Shown piece after piece: positions 58,483 to 64,000 of a DNA stretch of 64,000 nucleotides. The first letter of the stretch is position 1; the number at the start of each line of letters is the position of its first letter. The translations under genes were made by a program, and so were the position numbers. The DNA comes from an uncultured Acidimicrobiia bacterium (lineage in GTDB: Bacteria > Pseudomonadota > Gammaproteobacteria > GCA-001735895), in the NCBI GenBank assembly GCA_964195315.1, contig CAXMOZ010000146.1, positions 10,878-74,877 on the forward strand, given 5' to 3'. A model generated the notes under the pieces. That model was not told where the DNA came from. It did no database searches and saw only the letters and a program-made list of their open reading frames with translations.

Positions 58483-59919
58483 ATGGAAAATAGCATTAAC
58501 CTACCGATCTGGCTTTTCGTGCTACTAGTCGTCACCTCATTGGTGATGATTCTTGACCGCCTCTTGTTACCTAGTTTTCGATGGTATTTACGTCGACGTG
58601 TTAATCGCGTTATCGATGAAGTAAACAACCGACTCGAAATCGAAATTCGGCCATTTCAATTAACTAAAAAAGAGGCTCTAGTCGAGCAGCTCGTCTATGA
58701 TGACAAAGTGGTTCAGGCAATTAAGGAATATGCCGCTGAACACCAAATGCCCAAAAACCTAGTTCAAGCTAAAGTATTGCGTTACGCAAATGAAATAGCC
58801 CCTTCCTTCAATGCTTATATCTACTTTCGGTTTGGTTATTGGTTATCAAAAACGATTGGTCATTTACTTTATCGAGTCCGAGTTGGTTTCTATGATAATG
58901 ACCTGCTTAAAAAAATTGACCAAAATTCGAGTGTTGTTTTTGTCATGAATCATCGTAGCAATCTCGATTATATTCTGGTTTCTTTCCTTGCTGCAGAAAA
59001 AACAGCCTTATCTTATGCTGTTGGAGAGTGGGCCCGAATATGGCCGTTACAGGCGCTCATCAAATCAATGGGGGCTTTTTTTGTGCGCCGTAATTCTCGT
59101 AACGTGCTGTATCGGCGGGTGCTCGAACGATATGTGAACTTGGCAACAAGGGCAGGGGTCTGTCAGGCTGTTTTTCTGGAAGGTGGCCTTACCCGCGACG
59201 GCAAACTGCGTGAACCAAAGCAAGGCTTCCTCGATTACATGTTACGAGACTACCACGCCGAAATAGACCGAGATGTTGTGTTTGTTCCGATTGGCATCAA
59301 TTATGACAGGGTGATAGAGGATATTAGTCTGGTACGAAAATTAGATTCAAATGCGCAAAAGAGAAGTTTTTTGTTTGTTCTCAAAACAACCTTACACTTT
59401 GCTTTTAAAACACTTTTTATGAATCGTAAAAAACGTTGGTTACGTTTCGGCTATGCCAGTGTTAATTTTGGTAAGCCTCTGGCTATGCGAGAGTACTGCC
59501 AAACAGAAGGGTTGGATTTTAGTCAATTGTCGCAGGAAGACAGATTCGAACAAGTCAAAAAACTAAGCATTCGGTTAATGACCGAAGTGTCTGACGTGGT
59601 ACCTGTATTGCCAGTGTCCTTGATGTGTGAAGTGTTGTTAGCACATCGATCAGAATGGCTGAGCGAGTTCGAATTGAAATCGTTTGCGGTGAATCGAATG
59701 ACAGAACTGGAACAGTTAGGCGCACCGATAAAAATTAAATCAAATGTTAGCGAGGCCGTATTAACCGCCGCGATGTCGATGTTAATCGGCCGAGGGTTTA
59801 TCGAAAAACGCGAGCATGATCAATTGATACAAGTGAGATCGAACTCACTGGATATTATTAACTACTATGCCAATTCCATTGTGCAGTGGCATAAAGATTC
59901 AAATTTAAAAAGTGATTAG
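58483..59919 (+). CDS. Membrane-associated acyltransferase (GPAT/PlsB-like HX4D family)
   Basis: It has an N-terminal TM. NHRSNLD is the HX4D catalytic motif. 478 aa. Confidence 0.55.
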   Translation: MENSINLPIWLFVLLVVTSLVMILDRLLLPSFRWYLRRRVNRVIDEVNNRLEIEIRPFQLTKKEALVEQLVYDDKVVQAIKEYAAEHQMPKNLVQAKVLRYANEIAPSFNAYIYFRFGYWLSKTIGHLLYRVRVGFYDNDLLKKIDQNSSVVFVMNHRSNLDYILVSFLAAEKTALSYAVGEWARIWPLQALIKSMGAFFVRRNSRNVLYRRVLERYVNLATRAGVCQAVFLEGGLTRDGKLREPKQGFLDYMLRDYHAEIDRDVVFVPIGINYDRVIEDISLVRKLDSNAQKRSFLFVLKTTLHFAFKTLFMNRKKRWLRFGYASVNFGKPLAMREYCQTEGLDFSQLSQEDRFEQVKKLSIRLMTEVSDVVPVLPVSLMCEVLLAHRSEWLSEFELKSFAVNRMTELEQLGAPIKIKSNVSEAVLTAAMSMLIGRGFIEKREHDQLIQVRSNSLDIINYYANSIVQWHKDSNLKSD

Positions 59920-59944
59920 CAGTAGTGTTCAGCCTAAACTGAAT

Positions 59945-60100
59945 TGCGGCATTCGCCACAAAGACGAGCTGTCATACTGGCGAATGCCAGTATCTAGTGG
60001 CTTGATATAGGTTCGATTAAGACATGTGGCGGATAGCGCTTTGCTCTTCCGTCCAACGTTATGGCATTCGCCACAAAGACTGATATCCTTTCTGTGGCGA
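59945..60100. repeat. REP-like inverted and direct repeats in a convergent intergenic region
   Basis: The 18-mer GGCATTCGCCACAAAGAC occurs twice (about 59947 and about 60062). The first copy pairs with a downstream TGGCGAATGCC to form an 11-bp hairpin. The second sits in a CGCCACA…TGTGGCG hairpin ending in TTTT. Confidence 0.4.
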
Positions 60101-60176
60101 CTTTTTAACTAACCAGTAGCACTATGCTGAGCAAACTTGCTAATCACCTCAAAACACTGATTAAAGGAGCCTGACG

Positions 60177-60962
60177 TTAATCGATTTTAACGACATTAAT
60201 TTGAAAGAAATCGAGCAACGCTGCCCGATATTCATCAGACTCTTCGACGTTACTATGCACAACATTTTTCACAATCCGGTAAATAACGGCTGAATTAACC
60301 AACTGATCGAGTAGTTTGTCGGTGTGAATGTTAGGCACGACAGGGTCAAACTCGGCAGCTACAACGAGTACTGGTGCGGTAATATCGGCGGCACGATTAA
60401 CCGATTCAAACTTGTCTCGAACGAGGTAACGGGTTGGAAACATTGGATAATGTGATTGAGCTACTTCAGTGATACTGTCGTACGGCGTGAGTAATACCAG
60501 TTTTTCGATGTCTCGATTGGCAGCCACATAAACCGCTACACCACTGCCTAAACTTCGACCTATGACGGATATCGATGAATGCTCTGACTTAATTTGGTCG
60601 TATATGAAAAGTGCATCCGAAAATAAGCCTGCTTCGGTTGGGTTACCTGAACTCTTTCCATAACCTCGATAATCTACCAAATAGACACTATATTCTTGTA
60701 ATACAGCTTCGAACAAGTCGATGTTGCCGCTAATTTGTTCGGCGTTACCACCAAAATAAATAACGGCATTGCGCTTCCCTTGATTGAGTACCCAGCCATG
60801 CAGGTCTATGTCTTTGTTTTTGAAAACAATGGTTTGTCGATTAATGTTACTAACCTCACCAACAGCAGGAAACAACAAGGTTCGTTGAAAAATATAAAGT
60901 AAAAAAATCGCTATCAAATAAATAATGGCTAGTACGGTAATGATGGAAACAAGTAATTTCAT
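60177..60962 (-). CDS. Alpha/beta hydrolase with an N-terminal TM anchor
   Basis: GRSLGSG is the nucleophile elbow. There is a hydrophobic N-terminus. 261 aa. Confidence 0.7.
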   Translation of the reverse strand: MKLLVSIITVLAIIYLIAIFLLYIFQRTLLFPAVGEVSNINRQTIVFKNKDIDLHGWVLNQGKRNAVIYFGGNAEQISGNIDLFEAVLQEYSVYLVDYRGYGKSSGNPTEAGLFSDALFIYDQIKSEHSSISVIGRSLGSGVAVYVAANRDIEKLVLLTPYDSITEVAQSHYPMFPTRYLVRDKFESVNRAADITAPVLVVAAEFDPVVPNIHTDKLLDQLVNSAVIYRIVKNVVHSNVEESDEYRAALLDFFQINVVKID

Positions 60963-61089
60963 ATAATAAAATCTGTAAATTCTATTGTTAGAGTCTGATG
61001 GGCTTCACAAACAGGTTGTTATCTTCTTGAATTTTAATTGATTCAGGGCGATGATAAACTATATCGACTTTGCCTTCACAGGATAAACC

Positions 61090-61314
61090 ATGGATTCTAG
61101 TGCGGAACGTTCAGACCAGGTTATTAAAGATTTCAAAAAACAGAAATTAGCGAGCAGTGCGTTGCGCAGAGTTCATAGACTAATAGAAAGTTACGATGAG
61201 GGTCGTAAATCTGATATTCATTGGGCTAGAGTGGGACTGATCACACTCGCTATCTTATTGTTGGTTAGTCTGTCTATATACTTGTTTGGAACGACAGAAG
61301 TGAAAATAAACTGA
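61090..61314 (+). CDS. Small hypothetical protein with a C-terminal TM helix
   Basis: 74 aa. A charged N-terminal region is followed by LITLAILLLVSLSIYLF. Confidence 0.3.
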   Translation: MDSSAERSDQVIKDFKKQKLASSALRRVHRLIESYDEGRKSDIHWARVGLITLAILLLVSLSIYLFGTTEVKIN

Positions 61315-61327
61315 ATACATATTGCTT

Positions 61328-62071
61328 TTATCTCTGGCTTGCCAGTTCAAATTTTTCTAGCAAATAATCGAGCAGTTTGTTCATCGACTGATTAAGTAAT
61401 ACTGAGTCCCTATTGATTAAGTGTTGCAACATTTCTTCGTGTAGGGTGATGATATCACTGCGCTCTCGCACCACCGTGACGATCATATTGGTAACCGGAA
61501 TGAGTGCCTCGATAACGGTATACATCACAAATCTCACCATACCATTTCCAGCTGAATCGACTAAAGCTCGATGAAAAGCAACATCGGCATGGCAAAACGC
61601 TTCGTCACTGATATCGGGCATCTTCTGTCGTTCGAGTGCCGTTTCGATATCGGCAATATTCGCTGCTGTCGCATTTTTCACGGCATGCTCCAGACAGCCA
61701 CCCTGCAAGATTCTTCGAGCATCAATGATCTCAACAATATCGAGTGCCCCCATACCCACTAGCAATGTGGCTGCACCACTTAATGAACCTGCTAGTTCTT
61801 CGTAGCTGGGTTGAATCACAAAGTTGCCACCACTGGGGCCGCGACGAGCACGCACTAAATTTTGCGCTGCAAGTCTTTTCAAGGCTTCTCGGACACTGGG
61901 GCGTGACACACCATAACGCTGCGCTAGTTCATCTTCGGTTGGCAGGCGGTCACCGATTTTGAACTGACCACTGACGATTGCTTCTCGTAGTTGCTCAGCA
62001 ATTTGTTTAGAAATACTAGATTTTACAATACTTGATTTAAGAAAGGGGGTGGTTTGCACTTTAAAGCTCAT
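61328..62071 (-). CDS. GntR-family transcriptional regulator (FadR subfamily)
   Basis: The HTH is EDELAQRYGVSRPSVREALKRLAAQNLV. The start is chosen at the Met that leaves a normal-length N-terminus. It is divergent from the reductase gene. Confidence 0.8.
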   Translation of the reverse strand: MSFKVQTTPFLKSSIVKSSISKQIAEQLREAIVSGQFKIGDRLPTEDELAQRYGVSRPSVREALKRLAAQNLVRARRGPSGGNFVIQPSYEELAGSLSGAATLLVGMGALDIVEIIDARRILQGGCLEHAVKNATAANIADIETALERQKMPDISDEAFCHADVAFHRALVDSAGNGMVRFVMYTVIEALIPVTNMIVTVVRERSDIITLHEEMLQHLINRDSVLLNQSMNKLLDYLLEKFELASQR

Positions 62072-62169
62072 TGTTAGCGTTGTTGTGATTGTACCCGATA
62101 TCAAATCAATTGCGTTGACATCTATTTGTCTTACAAATAACATAATTACACATTTTGAGGAATTTAACC

Positions 62170-63162
62170 ATGAGCAAAACTTTTCAGGGCTATCAGGTCA
62201 ACAAAACCGAATCAGGTCAAACCTGCGAATTAAAGCAGCTAAGTGATGATGACTTAATGGATGGAAATGTAACGATAGCGGTTGAGTATTCAACGCTAAA
62301 TTACAAAGATGGTTTAGCTTTAACAGGCAAGTCACCAGTCGTACGTAAGTTTCCTTTAACACCAGGAATCGATTTTTCTGGCACGGTTACCGAATCGGAA
62401 CATGCCAACTTCAAATCGGGTGATCGAGTTGTACTGAATGGATTTGGTGTTGGAGAAGTGCATTCAGGGGGCTATGCCCAGAAGGCACGAGTGAATGGTG
62501 ACTGGCTTGTTGGCTTACCAGAAAAGATAGACTCTCGTAAGGCAATGGCAATCGGCACTGCAGGTTATACCGCTATGCTTTGCGTTATGAAGTTAGAGCA
62601 ACATGGCATTAAACCTGAAGATGGGAAAATACTAGTCACTGGTGCCACAGGCGGCGTGGGCAGTGTTGCGGTTGCAATATTAAGTAAGCTGGGTTATTCG
62701 GTGACAGCTGTGACTGGCCGTATGGCTGAAAAAGAATATTTGGAAAATCTGGGTGCTAGTGATGTCATCGAACGTCAAGGTTTTGCTGAGAAAGCTCGTC
62801 CTTTGTATAAGGAATTGTGGGCAGGTGCGATCGATGTTGCCGGTGGCAATACTTTAGCGAATGTCATTAGCCAAATGAAATATGGTTCTGCCATAGCGGC
62901 TTGTGGACTAGCGGAATCAATGGATCTGCCCACATCGGTTGCACCATTTATTTTGCGTGGCATCACTTTATACGGCGTAGACTCGGTAATGGTTTCTATA
63001 GCAAAGCGCCAACAGGCCTGGAACCGATTAGAGCAGGATCTAGATTTTGATTTACTCGAAGGTTTATCATTTGATCTGGATTTTAATGATTTGCCCCAAG
63101 CAGCCAGTGAAATACTGGAAGGCAAAATTCGCGGCAGAGCAATAGTTAAAATACCCGCTTAA
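62170..63162 (+). CDS. YhdH/AcuI-type NADPH-dependent quinone/acrylyl-CoA reductase (MDR superfamily)
   Basis: MSKTFQGYQVNKTESGQ… is the YhdH N-terminus. The Rossmann motif is VTGATGGVGS. Confidence 0.75.
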   Translation: MSKTFQGYQVNKTESGQTCELKQLSDDDLMDGNVTIAVEYSTLNYKDGLALTGKSPVVRKFPLTPGIDFSGTVTESEHANFKSGDRVVLNGFGVGEVHSGGYAQKARVNGDWLVGLPEKIDSRKAMAIGTAGYTAMLCVMKLEQHGIKPEDGKILVTGATGGVGSVAVAILSKLGYSVTAVTGRMAEKEYLENLGASDVIERQGFAEKARPLYKELWAGAIDVAGGNTLANVISQMKYGSAIAACGLAESMDLPTSVAPFILRGITLYGVDSVMVSIAKRQQAWNRLEQDLDFDLLEGLSFDLDFNDLPQAASEILEGKIRGRAIVKIPA

Positions 63163-63320
63163 AAACTAAGTTAATGTAGCTCAATTGCGCGAGTCCGACA
63201 CCAGGACTGATTCCAACCCTGGTGTCGATCACCATGCTGAACGGTGACCCTGGCGCCTATTAGATTAGCGTTACTTACTAATGATGGTATAAACATCACA
63301 AACCACTGATTCGAGTAGTG

Positions 63321-64000
63321 TCATAAATCCGTTCTAAAACGCAATAGGCAACCGACACCGCCAAGTTCTAAAAGTACATCAGAACACTCTACCACTTCAA
63401 CAGGGCAATCTATTTTTCCTGCCTGGCGCACCAGCTCTTCACGAAGATCAGCAGGACGTACGGTGTTAGAATTGCAATGTGCACACAGGTCGGTTTCAGG
63501 TGGGTTTTCACCCATTTCATCGCAAGTTGAGCAAACCCAGCCAGGATCCGGATGATAATCCTGCAACATTACTAGCGTATCTACCTTTCCCTGTCGAAGC
63601 TTATGCAGGCAGTCTTTTGCACCGACCGCAGCTGGGCCCTGAGTACGTACCGCCTGTATCAAACGATCAGCAATGGATTGAGAATCCTGTTCTTCCTGCT
63701 CGACAAAAATACTCAAAGTGGCTGTTACTATATCGGTTTCAGCATCTCGGTGGCTAGCAGGAATTATATCCATCAGTTTCGAGTTTAGATGAGGTGTTAA
63801 TGCACCTCGTATACGAGCGGTAATCTGCGGGTCGCCCGCTATAATAAGGTGACTATGATCGTCACTGTGCATCAATTTTTCCAGTGTTGCTAACTTTTCC
63901 TGAAGAAACTGATTTTCACGATGATTTCGAAACAGTTGATATTGTGTCTCACTCCACCCCTCACCAACGCGATCACGACGACCGGGATGTTCCGACCAGG
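63321..64000 (-). CDS. Hypothetical protein with an eRF1-domain-3-like C-terminus and a Cys4 zinc ribbon (bacterial aeRF1-like?). 5' truncated by the window edge.
   Basis: The reading frame stays open upstream of the track ORF to the window end. The C-terminus has VCSTCDEMG…CAHCNSN and …LELGGVGCLLRFRTDL, resembling the GGxGAxLRY end of eRF1/Pelota. Confidence 0.35.
   Translation of the reverse strand, partial: WSEHPGRRDRVGEGWSETQYQLFRNHRENQFLQEKLATLEKLMHSDDHSHLIIAGDPQITARIRGALTPHLNSKLMDIIPASHRDAETDIVTATLSIFVEQEEQDSQSIADRLIQAVRTQGPAAVGAKDCLHKLRQGKVDTLVMLQDYHPDPGWVCSTCDEMGENPPETDLCAHCNSNTVRPADLREELVRQAGKIDCPVEVVECSDVLLELGGVGCLLRFRTDL

Noticed and set aside
1-64000. Search for CRISPR arrays, integrases/transposases, phage structural genes and tRNA/rRNA genes
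   Set aside because: There are no regularly spaced direct repeats, no recombinase or transposase-like ORFs, and no tRNA-like cloverleaf candidates (GTTCGAATCC-type T-arms). The window appears to be chromosomal backbone plus accessory metabolic islands, not a mobile element.

Overview
This 64 kb window looks like gammaproteobacterial chromosome, roughly 44% GC. I saw no phage, IS, integrase, CRISPR or tRNA/rRNA signatures. It divides into five parts.

(1) Positions 1-15.5 kb hold a conserved housekeeping block. glnD and map sit on the minus strand. Opposite them, on the plus strand, runs rpsB-tsf-pyrH-frr-uppS-cdsA-dxr-rseP-bamA-skp-lpxD-fabZ-lpxA.

(2) The expected lpxB-rnhB-dnaE continuation is missing after lpxA. 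In its place is a 1654-aa secreted protein with two NHL propellers, an FN3-like domain, TPR repeats and a transglutaminase-like Cys-His-Asp core. A small periplasmic TPR-like protein follows, then tsaB-truD.

(3) Positions 23-29 kb are a mixed accessory stretch. It contains a SAM methyltransferase, a peroxiredoxin, a HAD hydrolase, an MBL hydrolase, argG, a lipoprotein, a thioredoxin-like [2Fe-2S] ferredoxin and an acylphosphatase gene interrupted by an in-frame TAG. A PhyH-like plus MetF-like pair lies on the minus strand.

(4) Positions 30-42 kb are the most interesting block. There is a three-subunit complex iron-sulfur molybdoenzyme whose 979-aa catalytic subunit has no twin-arginine signal, followed by a 4x[4Fe-4S] subunit and an NrfD-like 8-TM anchor. 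This is best explained as a SoeABC-type cytoplasm-facing sulfite:quinone dehydrogenase. Next to it, a FadR-type GntR regulator faces an overlapping five-gene operon: an AA_synth-like protein, an alpha/beta hydrolase, a fused flavin reductase, a LuxA-like LLM monooxygenase and an aldehyde dehydrogenase. I read this as a two-component flavin monooxygenase catabolic module of unknown substrate, possibly organosulfur.

(5) Positions 43-64 kb are more accessory. A Zur-box-fronted four-gene putative zinc-uptake cluster (His-rich periplasmic protein, ABC ATPase, FtsX-like permease, DUF3299) sits on the minus strand. Upstream of it is a frameshifted glyoxalase/VOC pseudogene. An LtaS-family phosphoglycerol transferase is paired with a membrane-anchored GDPD-like protein whose catalytic His is replaced. 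Then come ppc, nnr, an inserted transglutaminase-family gene, tsaE, a Tat-exported AmiC-type amidase, an HX4D acyltransferase, REP-like hairpin repeats, an alpha/beta hydrolase, a second GntR regulator, a YhdH/AcuI-type reductase and a partial eRF1-like (baeRF) gene.

All calls are from reading translations and motifs by eye. No database searches were run.
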